From the IMG/VR virus record IMGVR_UViG_3300011912_000001: DNA of 64,000 bases; one strand, 5' to 3'. The stretch's first letter is position 1, and each line of letters begins with the position of its first letter. A model generated the notes under the pieces. It did no database searches. It was not told the DNA's origin and was given only the letters and a program-made list of their open reading frames with translations. Shown here piece by piece: positions 47,489 through 57,069 of the stretch. The stretch comes from an uncultured virus (IMG/VR IMGVR_UViG_3300011912_000001) (lineage: Duplodnaviria > Heunggongvirae > Uroviricota > Caudoviricetes). The position numbers and the translations under genes are program-made.

Positions 47489-47561
47489 TGTCCTTGGTAG
47501 GATTCGAACCTACGTCTCCGCCCGGGCATGGGCAGTGTCCTAACCGCTTGACCACAAGAAC
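47489..47561 (-). ncRNA. tRNA-like cloverleaf with 6-8-nt loop (C)AUGCCC(G)
   Basis: CUGCC/GGCGG stem; no CCA; runs into a pseudoknot. Confidence 0.75.
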
Positions 47562-47586
47562 ATGATTTTTAATTTAATCATTTAAA

Positions 47587-47670
47587 GAAGGGACGTAGTC
47601 CCGGCTTTCTTTCAGTTTTTAAAAGGTTTATTGGAACAACCATTAAAAAAGAGGGGGCGTAGCCCCGGCT
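47587..47670 (-). promoter_or_regulatory. Two AGCCG-hairpin motifs (47587-47606, 47651-47670) upstream of the RNA array
   Basis: GGAC-GTA-GTCC-CGGCT and GGGC-GTA-GCCC-CGGCT. Confidence 0.65.
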
Positions 47671-47681
47671 CTCTTTATTTT

Positions 47682-48272
47682 TTAATCACTTGCCATACCA
47701 AAGAAGACGTAGTCCGAACGTCCAGCTTTCACCAGTACCTCTTTGTAACTCATATTAGCTGTGAAAACGACAGGGTCTTGATTGATTAAGCGTTTTTCCA
47801 AGACAACGCTTGTGGAATAGCCATACTCTTTTGTATAGGCAATCGCTTTCTTGACGGCATCATCTTTAAACTTTGAAAACTCTACTTGAATAGTACCTTC
47901 ATCAGTGCTGGCATATACCAAGTATAAAGATTCCCATTTACGAGCACCATTGGTTTTCATGTGGTGGCGTTTCACTTTGTCTGGCACATATTCTTTCTTA
48001 TCGTAAGAACGAAGTTTGATATACCCAGTAGGTCCAAATTTATCTGCGATTCTTGGATTACGGTCCCACTTCATCATCTCGACATAGTCTTGTTCTTTGC
48101 CTTTGTATTCAGCGGGGACGGTGATTTCGAGTAACCCCATGCCTTCTTTCTCGGCGATGGTGCCGGTATAACCACCATGACCACTATCATATTTGGCATC
48201 TCGAACAGCATGCTTAAAAGCTTCTTCTGGTGTAGCACCTGAAGCATAGGCTGTAAAGCTTGAAGAACCCAT
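47682..48272 (-). CDS. Hypothetical phage protein
   Basis: AAGGAGG RBS; GHGGYTGTIAEK. Confidence 0.7.
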   Translation of the reverse strand: MGSSSFTAYASGATPEEAFKHAVRDAKYDSGHGGYTGTIAEKEGMGLLEITVPAEYKGKEQDYVEMMKWDRNPRIADKFGPTGYIKLRSYDKKEYVPDKVKRHHMKTNGARKWESLYLVYASTDEGTIQVEFSKFKDDAVKKAIAYTKEYGYSTSVVLEKRLINQDPVVFTANMSYKEVLVKAGRSDYVFFGMASD

Positions 48273-48308
48273 AATATAGCCTCCTTAAAGTAAAATAACC
48301 AAAAAAAA

Positions 48309-48328
48309 GAAGCCGCGTAGCGGCGGCT
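48309..48328 (-). promoter_or_regulatory. AGCCG-hairpin motif (terminator-like context)
   Basis: Identical to copy 1, followed by a U tract on the minus strand. Confidence 0.6.
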
Positions 48329-48334
48329 TTCTTT

Positions 48335-48682
48335 TCATTTCGCATAATGATATTTCCAGTACTTGAAGTAATCTTCTTCGTAGGTTTCATCTACGTACAT
48401 ATGAGACACTGACCAATTGGAATAATAACCAATAGCAATTCTAGCTTGTCTTTCTTCATACTCTAATCGATTCTGAATAGCAGAGTAGTAACACGAATAC
48501 AGCATAGGCATGCGACTTTGCTTATCGTATGCATGGTAACTCGCATTGGTTTTGCGATAGTGGGCGCCGTCGACGAAATCAGGTTTCGTATGTCGAATGT
48601 AACGGTTGTAGTCTCTACAAAAACGTTTCATTCTTCCTTTGCGATGACGACCTTTTGGATACTTTTTATAACTACGGCTCAT
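48335..48682 (-). CDS. Basic hypothetical protein
   Basis: MSRSYKK start after AAGGAGG. Confidence 0.6.
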   Translation of the reverse strand: MSRSYKKYPKGRHRKGRMKRFCRDYNRYIRHTKPDFVDGAHYRKTNASYHAYDKQSRMPMLYSCYYSAIQNRLEYEERQARIAIGYYSNWSVSHMYVDETYEEDYFKYWKYHYAK

Positions 48683-48758
48683 GAGTGAGTCCTCCTTCTG
48701 TTGCCTTGAAGACAACCTAATGAGGACTAATAGTATGAAGCATGGGGTAGCCTCCTTT

Positions 48759-48971
48759 TTAATCGAGGTCGATGCGGGTCATCATGCATTTACATTTTGG
48801 ACAAATCCGTCTGCTCTCAGATTCGATTTGCATCTTGCAACGTTTACATTCATAAGAAAAAAGTCCTGTCATATAACCAGTGTCGATGTAATGTAGAATC
48901 ATGAACATCATAATGAAGAAAGTCGCCATCGCCATGATTAAAAGTAAATCCATCAAAGTAGATGTATCCAT
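48759..48971 (-). CDS. Small TM plus zinc-ribbon protein
   Basis: TM segment, CKRC...CPKC. Confidence 0.55.
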   Translation of the reverse strand: MDTSTLMDLLLIMAMATFFIMMFMILHYIDTGYMTGLFSYECKRCKMQIESESRRICPKCKCMMTRIDLD

Positions 48972-49226
48972 AAGAAACTCCTTTAAAACAAAAAAATAAA
49001 GGTTCCGTGTTTTAAGTGGGGGAACCAGTAATCGCCACTCCGATGCCTAAGAGCTTTAACGACGCCGTTCCACGGGCGCTTCGGGTCTAGGAGTCTTCCA
49101 TCACAACGACTACCATAAATGTTTTCCTTTGCTGTTTACTTGTAAATGTAATGCAAGGAAAATGGGAAGGGGCTCCGCAAGGTCACTCGTTTGCACCGGC
49201 CTACTGGAGACCTTTGTTCGGAGGAA

Positions 49227-49631
49227 TCATTGACTAAAAAATTTGCGTGCCAAGTCTTTATAAAGGAAGCGGTCTTCAATTTGTACAAAGTATTTTCCTT
49301 CGTCTTCTTCTGTTAAAAAAGGGACAAGAGTAATAAGTTTCATTGTGTAAGCTTCATTTAAAAAGGCATTCATCTTTTTTAATTCGATGACGTTTTGATA
49401 ATGGAATGAAGATAGGACCGTTGAACCGGGACCGAATTCTTCATCTTCGAAGTTGATGAATAGAGGATGCCACCAAAAAAGTGTTTCTTTTCCTTCATAA
49501 TAATGCTGATAGTCTGAAGAATCAATACTTAATGCCGTACCATCCCCGTGTTCAAAAGCATAACGGATGGAGGGTTTAACAAAACGAACGACATGACTAG
49601 TGGACACAACCGTCTTCGATGGATAAGGCAT
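49227..49631 (-). CDS. Hypothetical protein
   Basis: MPYPSK after GAGAGG. Confidence 0.55.
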   Translation of the reverse strand: MPYPSKTVVSTSHVVRFVKPSIRYAFEHGDGTALSIDSSDYQHYYEGKETLFWWHPLFINFEDEEFGPGSTVLSSFHYQNVIELKKMNAFLNEAYTMKLITLVPFLTEEDEGKYFVQIEDRFLYKDLARKFFSQ

Positions 49632-49895
49632 GCTAAATTCCTCTCTTTCCTGACTAGTACCTATTTTAGCATAATGAAAAACGTCTGACTCTAAAATTAG
49701 AACCAAACGCTCAACTTACAAAAGAAATCTAATAAGATTAATCAGTATGTTATGTCTCTGAGTATGTGTAATGCTTATGTGAGAAATTAAAATAACGCGG
49801 GCTCCTACATGAGAATAATCAATAATTTGAATAGGAGGATGATAAAATATGAAATAGTATAATTGGAGGAAATACTTTTCGTAGGGCCCGCTGAG

Positions 49896-49945
49896 TCCTC
49901 TTAGCAGGAATTGCACCTGCTCGAACCATCTTGGAAGAAGAAGGA
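49896..49945 (-). ncRNA. Minihelix-like tRNA fragment (acceptor plus T arm)
   Basis: UCCUUCUU/AAGAGGA and AGCAGG-UGCAAUU-CCUGCU. Confidence 0.5.
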
Positions 49946-50084
49946 GCCTGATAGCGTTGGCGACTATCAGGACTGAACGTGAAGCAATGCCCTTTGCTTC
50001 GTAGTAAACGTAAGCAGTTGGGAAGTAAAAGTCAATAGAAAATCTTTCATTTGAAAGAATATTTTTACAAAAAAAGCACCGGAC

Positions 50085-52043
50085 TCAATCGAGCCCGATG
50101 ACATGCATATATTGACGTGGAATTTCATTTAAGAAACGAGATGGGACAGTCTTGGCGACGCCACCTGCACCATAGTCCCGACGTGTTTTCGAGTAGGTCA
50201 AGAACAACCGTTGTTTCGCACGAGTCATGGCAACATAAGCAAGGCGACGTTCTTCTTCAATTTCTGCTTCCGTGCGGGCGTATGTGCTTGGGAAGGATTC
50301 TTCCTGCATGCCGACGACGAAGACGACATCATACTCTAATCCTTTTGAAGAGTGAACACTCATCATCGTCACCATGTTTTCCATGTCTGCCTCATCTACT
50401 TGAGAAAGTAGAGAAGTCTCTGTCAAGAAACGAGTGAGTAGCGGCATCGTCGATTCCTCACCGGAAACATCTTGTTCCCATTCCCGGGCAAGGGTCAATA
50501 ATTCTTTGATGTTATTCACACGTTTTTCATCTTCCTCTTCGTTTTTTCCGACTTCGAACTGAGATAAGAAGTTGGTTTCGTCAATGACCATGTTGATACA
50601 TTTACTGACAAGAGCTCCTTCTTCTTTTGAATACGCTTGAAGACGAGTGATGATATCATTGAACTCTTTGATGGCGGCGATGGCATTTTTCGTAAGCTTC
50701 GGAACCTCATGGACGTAATGCAAAGCTTTCGCAAAAGGAATGTTTGAGTCTTCCGCGTAATCATTGATACGTTCGATGGCTTTGGCGCCGATGCCGCGTT
50801 TCGGTACATTGATGATACGCTCAAACGCTAAGTTGTCAATTGGATTATCGACGGCACGCAAGTACCCAATCAAATCTCGTACTTCTTTTCTATCAAAGAA
50901 GCTGGTTCCATTGATGACTTGGTAGGGAATCTTTTCTTGGCGGAATGCCATCTCCAGTTGCTGACTTTGACGGTTGTTACGGAAAAGAACGGCGATGTCC
51001 CGGTAGTCCCGGTTCTCACGGGCAACCATCTTAGATGTCATCTCTGCTACAAAATCTGCTTCTAAGCTAACATCATCAGCAGGGTAAACAAAGACATAAT
51101 CGCCTTGAACGTTCTGAGTGAACGATTCTTTTTGCAATTGGACTTTATTTTTCTCAATCAATCCATTAGAGGCTTGGATGATGGTGTTGGTCGAACGATA
51201 GTTTTGTTCCAGTTTTAAGAGTTTGATGTTGTCGATGCGGGAGTAGTCCATCATATTGCGAACGTTTGAACCCCGGAAACTATAGATGGCTTGGAAGTCA
51301 TCGCCAATCAAGGCAAGGTTATGATAGTATCCGCTGAATAAAGAAAGCAGTTCGAACTGACAGTCGTTCGTATCCTGTGCTTCATCACACATGACATACT
51401 GGAACTGTTTTTGGTAGCGTTCGCGGACGTTATCGAACCGATGGAATAAATCGACCGTCAACAATAAGATATCATTGTAGTCGATGTACCCCATTTCTTT
51501 TTTGTGGTCTTGGTAGGCACGGTAGATGTTGACCTTTGCCATGTCCGTATCAGGACCGGGCACGAAATCCGTTGGCAACTTCATTTTGTTTTGAGCATCT
51601 TCAATGAAGGCTTCGACATGTTCTTGGACTTGGGAGTAATCAATCATCTCAATCAATGATTTGATGATTTTCTTTTGCTCATCATCCTTGATGATGGTCA
51701 GGTTTTCATAACCTAATAAGTCTTTGTGCCATTGCAAGATACGAAGGCATACACTATGGAAAGTACCCATCCAAATTTTCTTCGCTTGTTCTCCGACCAT
51801 TGCTGAAATCCGTTCTTTCATTTCATTGGCGGCTTTCTTTGTGAACGTGATGCAAAGGATTTGATGCGCTGGAATGCCTTGGGCAATCAAGTACGCAACT
51901 CGACGTGTTAACGATGCAGTCTTGCCAGAACCTGCTCCTGCTAAGACGACGATTTCACCTTGAGTTGTGGCAATGACTTCTTGTTGACTAGGGTTCATAC
52001 CTTCAAAAATATGTTGATAGCGTGTATCGACTAATGGGTTCAT
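50085..52043 (-). CDS. pcrA: UvrD/PcrA-family SF1 helicase
   Basis: AGAGSGKT, DEAQD, GDDFQAIYSFRG, NYRST, HSSKGLE, YVAMTRA. Confidence 0.95.
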   Translation of the reverse strand: MNPLVDTRYQHIFEGMNPSQQEVIATTQGEIVVLAGAGSGKTASLTRRVAYLIAQGIPAHQILCITFTKKAANEMKERISAMVGEQAKKIWMGTFHSVCLRILQWHKDLLGYENLTIIKDDEQKKIIKSLIEMIDYSQVQEHVEAFIEDAQNKMKLPTDFVPGPDTDMAKVNIYRAYQDHKKEMGYIDYNDILLLTVDLFHRFDNVRERYQKQFQYVMCDEAQDTNDCQFELLSLFSGYYHNLALIGDDFQAIYSFRGSNVRNMMDYSRIDNIKLLKLEQNYRSTNTIIQASNGLIEKNKVQLQKESFTQNVQGDYVFVYPADDVSLEADFVAEMTSKMVARENRDYRDIAVLFRNNRQSQQLEMAFRQEKIPYQVINGTSFFDRKEVRDLIGYLRAVDNPIDNLAFERIINVPKRGIGAKAIERINDYAEDSNIPFAKALHYVHEVPKLTKNAIAAIKEFNDIITRLQAYSKEEGALVSKCINMVIDETNFLSQFEVGKNEEEDEKRVNNIKELLTLAREWEQDVSGEESTMPLLTRFLTETSLLSQVDEADMENMVTMMSVHSSKGLEYDVVFVVGMQEESFPSTYARTEAEIEEERRLAYVAMTRAKQRLFLTYSKTRRDYGAGGVAKTVPSRFLNEIPRQYMHVIGLD

Positions 52044-52064
52044 GGGATTTCTCTCCTTTCGTTA

Positions 52065-52577
52065 TCAAATGGTGTGGCGAACGAAGTCAACAAAATCATA
52101 GCTGACAGGTTCTTCGCCCAATTCGGTGGTTGTATAACTGATACAAGAAGTCCGCTCAAAGTCCTTCAAGACCGCTTTCGCAAGTAGAGTCGTCGTGACA
52201 TCTGCTTCTGGGAATTCTTTATGGACATAAGTAATATGATAGACATTAATATCAGATTGGAACATTTCAAATAAAGCGGGTCCGCCGATAACAAAAGCTT
52301 CGACGTCGTAATCTTGTAAGACCAGTAAGACTTCTTCCCGGTTGTGAACGACGATAACATTGTGATTCGGATGACTGTATTCCGTATCCGATGTCAAAAC
52401 CAAATGCAGACGTCCCGGCAAAACATCCGGTAATGATTCGAAGGTCTTACGTCCCATGATAAGGGGCGCGCCCATCGTTAATTCCTTAAAGCGTTGTAAG
52501 TCTTTCTTGATATGGAACAAAAGTTTATTGTCTTTGCCCATCTCTCCATTCTTTCCGATAGCCATGATTGCTTTCAT
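52065..52577 (-). CDS. dfrA: Dihydrofolate reductase
   Basis: DLQRFKELT, IMGRKTFESL, LPGR, VIGG. Confidence 0.93.
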   Translation of the reverse strand: MKAIMAIGKNGEMGKDNKLLFHIKKDLQRFKELTMGAPLIMGRKTFESLPDVLPGRLHLVLTSDTEYSHPNHNVIVVHNREEVLLVLQDYDVEAFVIGGPALFEMFQSDINVYHITYVHKEFPEADVTTTLLAKAVLKDFERTSCISYTTTELGEEPVSYDFVDFVRHTI

Positions 52578-52640
52578 TGTGTACCTCTCCTTTAAATCCA
52601 TTGCGTATAGTATAACGTAAAAAAGAGAGAGCCGAAGCCC

Positions 52641-52907
52641 TCACTTAATAAAATCATCAATCGTCATTTGGCCATCAACGAGAGCGACTGCTTCTTCGTC
52701 AAGAGCTTTGTTTTGTTCTTCTGCATAATTGCGAACGGCTTGTAGGTGCGTTAAGACATCGAACTTCAAGTCTGCAAGCAGTTGTAGTTCTTCTTGTTGG
52801 ACAAGGTTGGCACCGCCCGCATCCAGCTGAGTCATCACCTTATCAAACTCTTGTCCAACAGCTTGGGCGCATATATCGACTGTGTTCACATCAAGAGGTT
52901 TTGTCAT
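52641..52907 (-). CDS. Hypothetical protein
   Basis: MTKPLD after GAGGAGG; ends GQMTIDDFIK. Confidence 0.55.
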   Translation of the reverse strand: MTKPLDVNTVDICAQAVGQEFDKVMTQLDAGGANLVQQEELQLLADLKFDVLTHLQAVRNYAEEQNKALDEEAVALVDGQMTIDDFIK

Positions 52908-53100
52908 GAGTATCCTCCTCATTTGTAAAAATGTGGCGTAAGACATTGTCAGTTTCAATTTTTAATCCAAGTAAATAAAGTTTAGCTAAAGCTACATGAA
53001 CATCATTCGGTTCCGTTGTAAGGGAATCCAACTGTTCATCAAAAACTTCTGCTATCTTTTTACGACAGATATCTACTGTTCGTTTATCAAAGTGTCTCAT
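52891..53100 (-). CDS. Small hypothetical protein
   Basis: AAGGAG RBS after thyA. Confidence 0.5.
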   Translation of the reverse strand: MRHFDKRTVDICRKKIAEVFDEQLDSLTTEPNDVHVALAKLYLLGLKIETDNVLRHIFTNEEDTHDKTS

Positions 53101-53109
53101 GTGAGCTCC

Positions 53110-53970
53110 TTAGACTTTAGCAATTTCAATCGCAATTTTTTCAAATGGTTTGTAATTGACGACACGGACATCGTCAACCGTGTACTCGTAAAAATCTTTT
53201 TCAGGAAGGGATAGTAATTTTGATTCTTCGATGCTATCACCTTCTTGATAGAAGCGACGGACGAGTTCCTGAGCGGCTTCGATATGCCGGTCGTAGATAT
53301 GGAAGTCTGTGACTTCATGGACGAACTCGACGAAATCAAGTCCTGCTTCCTTCGCCAGCATATGTCCTAAGACCATGTACTGGAAGGCGTTGATGTTTGA
53401 GGCCGCCATGACATCCTGAGAGCGTTGTTGTAGTTTCATGTACAGTTCATTGCCCCATACACGGAACTCCATCGTATGGGCACATGGAGGCAACTGCATT
53501 TCATGTTGTTCTTCCGGGTTCCACATGGTCACCCGAAGCCGACGGTTGTCTTTATCGTTCTTGAGTGCCCAGCGCACATAATCAATCTGAGTCATGCGGA
53601 CATCTTCATCGTTAATGCGATAAACAAACTTTTTATTGGCTTGATAGCCATAGGCTTTATCCAATGTATTGAAAGCATCTGCCCATGCGCGCCACCATTT
53701 CACATTGTATTTGTGTTCCAGTAAACCTAAGTCATTGCTTTTATCTTGATGAATCCAAAGAACTTCTCCGACACTGCCTTTGACTGGTGTCGGTTTCAAA
53801 TGTAAGAGACCTGATTCTTTATTCGGGTAGTATCGCATCTGAACACCGAATAGACTCTTGGCACGGGCGGTTTCGCCGTCGCCCCATTCACCACGTCCTT
53901 CATCATTCCAGCGTCCTTCGTTCAAAACTTTCTCAATGAGTTCAATCATCATCGTATCGACTCGTGCCAT
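53110..53970 (-). CDS. thyA: Thymidylate synthase
   Basis: YGYQ, LPPCAH, QRSQD, HIYDRH. Confidence 0.93.
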   Translation of the reverse strand: MARVDTMMIELIEKVLNEGRWNDEGRGEWGDGETARAKSLFGVQMRYYPNKESGLLHLKPTPVKGSVGEVLWIHQDKSNDLGLLEHKYNVKWWRAWADAFNTLDKAYGYQANKKFVYRINDEDVRMTQIDYVRWALKNDKDNRRLRVTMWNPEEQHEMQLPPCAHTMEFRVWGNELYMKLQQRSQDVMAASNINAFQYMVLGHMLAKEAGLDFVEFVHEVTDFHIYDRHIEAAQELVRRFYQEGDSIEESKLLSLPEKDFYEYTVDDVRVVNYKPFEKIAIEIAKV

Positions 53971-54034
53971 CGACTCACTCCTTCTTCATGATACGCCTAT
54001 TATAAACAAGAATGGAAAACGAAGGAAGAGGAAA

Positions 54035-54685
54035 TTAATCCTCGTCTTCTTCAAGTTCAATATCAAAATAGTCGCGGGCGAAATCAATCAACGAGTCTCC
54101 AGAAAACTCTTCGTATTCGTGTTCGCCGTTTCCTCCCTGCCAAAGTCCCCCATATTCTGTTCCTAGCTCCAGAGAAGCGCATTCGATGTGAACAGGATAG
54201 TCCTCTAACAAAGAATAGAGTTCCCGGAAGATAGGTTCCGGCGGGGACCACGCTGTATCAAAGACATATAAGATTTCATATGGATACTCCTCTATTTGTT
54301 GAAATGTCATATCGACACGGGAAGGTGTCCATTTCGTATTCCAATGAAGAGAACGAAGCTCATTGGGTTTACGAGCATCAACGGAAAACAAGTCATTGAG
54401 ATTGTCAGCGACTCTTTGGGGAATCTGGTCTTTTGACGTGTAACAATTCTCCACTTCAGAACGAGGGATAGGAAGAATGGCAGGGAAGCTAAAGTCAGTT
54501 TCTTTAACAGGAAGATAGGTGAGCAATTGGTACTCCTGAGGAATCCTATCGACAGGATGTCCTAAGAAAACGGATGCGACTTTAAAAGAAGCATCTTCTG
54601 GTCCTTTGAGTAAGTCCATGACTTCCTCCATTTTGTCTGGGTTCGTGAACGTAAGACGTACATGATTTTCACACCAGTTAGGCAT
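54035..54685 (-). CDS. DUF1281/YubB-like ferredoxin-fold protein
   Basis: MPNWCEN, WNTKW, FDTAWSPP. Confidence 0.75.
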   Translation of the reverse strand: MPNWCENHVRLTFTNPDKMEEVMDLLKGPEDASFKVASVFLGHPVDRIPQEYQLLTYLPVKETDFSFPAILPIPRSEVENCYTSKDQIPQRVADNLNDLFSVDARKPNELRSLHWNTKWTPSRVDMTFQQIEEYPYEILYVFDTAWSPPEPIFRELYSLLEDYPVHIECASLELGTEYGGLWQGGNGEHEYEEFSGDSLIDFARDYFDIELEEDED

Positions 54686-54698
54686 GGTATCTTCTCCT

Positions 54699-55091
54699 TT
54701 ACCACATTGCTAAAGTTAAATTGATATCAAGAGCAGAACATTCCACGGTTGCACAGGCGCCGTAACGCCACCCACTTCCACTTCCTGCTTCTGCTTCGAT
54801 GTGTGCCAGTTGTTCTTGTTCCCCATAGAAGGTAATAGTAAGTCTATTTTCTCCATTGGAGTAGGCTTCATCGTCACTATTCTCATAGTGTTCAATGTTT
54901 GTGATGATAGGATTGCGGGAACTGTTTGGCTCGACATACATGTCCGTGCTGATGTGTGCGTACCCACAACAATCTCCATCATCTATTTCTAAATCAATCG
55001 TAACGACTTGTTCGCCTTTTTGAAGAACCATCTTCTCTGGGTCGAGAGAAACAATTTGGAAACCGATTAACTTATCTAAGGAATTATTCAT
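54699..55091 (-). CDS. Hypothetical phage protein
   Basis: GDCCG and GSGWRYG motifs; RBS. Confidence 0.65.
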   Translation of the reverse strand: MNNSLDKLIGFQIVSLDPEKMVLQKGEQVVTIDLEIDDGDCCGYAHISTDMYVEPNSSRNPIITNIEHYENSDDEAYSNGENRLTITFYGEQEQLAHIEAEAGSGSGWRYGACATVECSALDINLTLAMW

Positions 55092-55136
55092 GGAAACTCT
55101 CCTTTAAAAAGAAGGGAGCCCGAAGACTCCCCTAGA

Positions 55137-56246
55137 TTATTCTGCAAACGATTCGTTTTCTTTGATAGTATATTCCGGTTCGATTTCACCATCTGGGGCT
55201 TCGATGTCGACGCCACGTAAACGGTTCTCTAACTCTGCAAGGATTTCAGGATTTTCCCGAAGGAATTCAACGAACTTGTTATGCCCATTGAACTTCATCT
55301 CTGCTCCGTTGCGGATATAGAGGTCGCCGTTCTCGTCTTCATAGCGCAACCATGCACCTGTCTGACGGACGATGCCCGCGAATTTCGAGAGCTGAGCAAC
55401 TTCATCGACTTTGTCGACGCCGACTCCGTAAATGAGTGGGAATGTTGCTTCCTTGAACGGGACTGCAAATTTGTTCTTTGCAATCTTAATCTTCATCCAG
55501 TGACCGATGACTTCATCTTTTACTTTGATTTGTTCTCCTGCACGAACATGCAAGCGGACAGCAGAGTAGAAAGGAAGCGCCTTCCCGCCCGGAGTCGTCA
55601 TCGGGTTACCGTACATAACACCGATTTTCTCACGGACTTGGTTGATGAAGATAATCGAACAGTTGTGCAAGTGAGCCGGTCCCGTAATCTTCTGCATCGT
55701 CGTACCCATCATACGAGCGAGAAGACCCATTGTCTGTTGCTCAATGGAACTTTCTGCAATCTTTGAAGGAACGAGAGCTGGAACGGAGTCAACGACTGCT
55801 AGACCGACGGAGTCTGTACGGATATACGCATCCAGTACATCGATGGCATTCTCCGCACTCTTCGGATTGACATAAATCAAACGACTGAGGTCGACGCCGT
55901 ATTCGCGTGCAAGTTTCGCATCAAATGTATGCTCTGCATCCACGAACATCGCATAACGTTCGGCATGGTCTTCTTCTTCAAGAGAGCGACGTAGCTCATC
56001 TCGTTGGAAAGAAGCAATGGCAAGCATCGAGATGGTTGTTTTCCCACCCATGGATTCTCCGAAGAACTCCATGATATAGCCTTTAGGGAAACCACCGCGT
56101 CCTAATGCTAAGTCGAGTGTCAGTGAACCAGATGAAAAAGTATCGATTTGAATTTCAAACTCTTCGTTCATGAAGTGTGTCGTATTCTCGCCGAACTTTT
56201 TATTAATCGAATCCATTAATTTTTTTAAGTCTGTTGGTACTGTCAA
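55137..56246 (-). CDS. recA: RecA recombinase
   Basis: SGSLTLDLALG, GESMGGKTT, DSVPAL, FINQVREKIG, TPGGKALPFY; TTG start after GGAGG. Confidence 0.96.
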   Translation of the reverse strand: MTVPTDLKKLMDSINKKFGENTTHFMNEEFEIQIDTFSSGSLTLDLALGRGGFPKGYIMEFFGESMGGKTTISMLAIASFQRDELRRSLEEEDHAERYAMFVDAEHTFDAKLAREYGVDLSRLIYVNPKSAENAIDVLDAYIRTDSVGLAVVDSVPALVPSKIAESSIEQQTMGLLARMMGTTMQKITGPAHLHNCSIIFINQVREKIGVMYGNPMTTPGGKALPFYSAVRLHVRAGEQIKVKDEVIGHWMKIKIAKNKFAVPFKEATFPLIYGVGVDKVDEVAQLSKFAGIVRQTGAWLRYEDENGDLYIRNGAEMKFNGHNKFVEFLRENPEILAELENRLRGVDIEAPDGEIEPEYTIKENESFAE

Positions 56247-56296
56247 AGAGATTCCCTCCATTATATAAAGCAATATGTGAACAGTTTAATATTAGA

Positions 56297-56611
56297 TTAG
56301 GTTGTGAGGTCTGACATGTGAATGAATGCATTCTTAATCGTTTGAATGGCTGTTAGATAATACGTTGCATCAGCTTGTAACTCCGGGTCTCGTTCTTTTG
56401 TCAGCCAGAACGCTTCCAGTGTTTCAAGGTCCACGAGGTCGTCCCCGCCGGCTTGCTCTTGAAAGTACGCTTTGATGGCGTCCATTTCCTGTGCAATCGT
56501 TGCACGAGCTTGGTCAGCGGGAAGAACTTCCGTGTAACTTTGGTAGAGTTGCATCAGTAACTGATGAAGATACCGATGCGTCTCCTGCCGAAGTTGTTCT
56601 TGTGGTGTCAT
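56297..56611 (-). CDS. Hypothetical protein
   Basis: Coupled to the ssb stop codon. Confidence 0.6.
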   Translation of the reverse strand: MTPQEQLRQETHRYLHQLLMQLYQSYTEVLPADQARATIAQEMDAIKAYFQEQAGGDDLVDLETLEAFWLTKERDPELQADATYYLTAIQTIKNAFIHMSDLTT

Positions 56612-57069
56612 TAGAATGGTACGTCGTCAATCGATAGTTCTTCTTGAGCTTGAGCTTGAGGTTTTGGCTGACGTTGAACGCCCCATTGCCCATTACCACC
56701 GCCCCATGACGATTGAGAAGAAGAAGATTCGGCTGGTTTGCTTTCACCAGACTCTTTCTTATCAAGGAATGTGACTTCGTTGACGACAATTTCTTGAGAG
56801 TATTGACGGTACTCGACACCATCCTTTTGTTGCATATACGAACGGTTCTTCGGACGTCCTTCGACATGAATCAAACGTCCTTTGACAAGGTGTTTTTCTG
56901 CCAAGTCTGCTGTCTTGTTCCATGCGACACAACGATAGAAATCCGCGTCCCCATTCTTTGAAAACGGGTCATCGCATGCGACCGTAAACGTAGCAACCTT
57001 TCGTCCGTTGACTTCCTTTACCTCCGGGTCTGCTGTTAAACGACCGATGAACATGTGCTTTGATAACAT
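56611..57069 (-). CDS. ssb: Single-stranded DNA-binding protein
   Basis: IGRLTADPE, CVAW, KGRLIHVEGR, DDVPF tail. Confidence 0.95.
   Translation of the reverse strand: MLSKHMFIGRLTADPEVKEVNGRKVATFTVACDDPFSKNGDADFYRCVAWNKTADLAEKHLVKGRLIHVEGRPKNRSYMQQKDGVEYRQYSQEIVVNEVTFLDKKESGESKPAESSSSQSSWGGGNGQWGVQRQPKPQAQAQEELSIDDVPF

Noticed and set aside
46564..47489. Theta/HDV-like ribozymes after tRNA 3' ends
   Set aside because: Position fits, but I find only two stems per element and no nested P3/P1.1 or HDV-type L3; self-cleavage remains untested
46262..47561. CRISPR or mini-CRISPR array (regular repeats, Cas4-like gene in window)
   Set aside because: Units conserve pairing, not sequence; the intervening parts are tRNA-like and vary from about 70 to 170 nt; no cas operon
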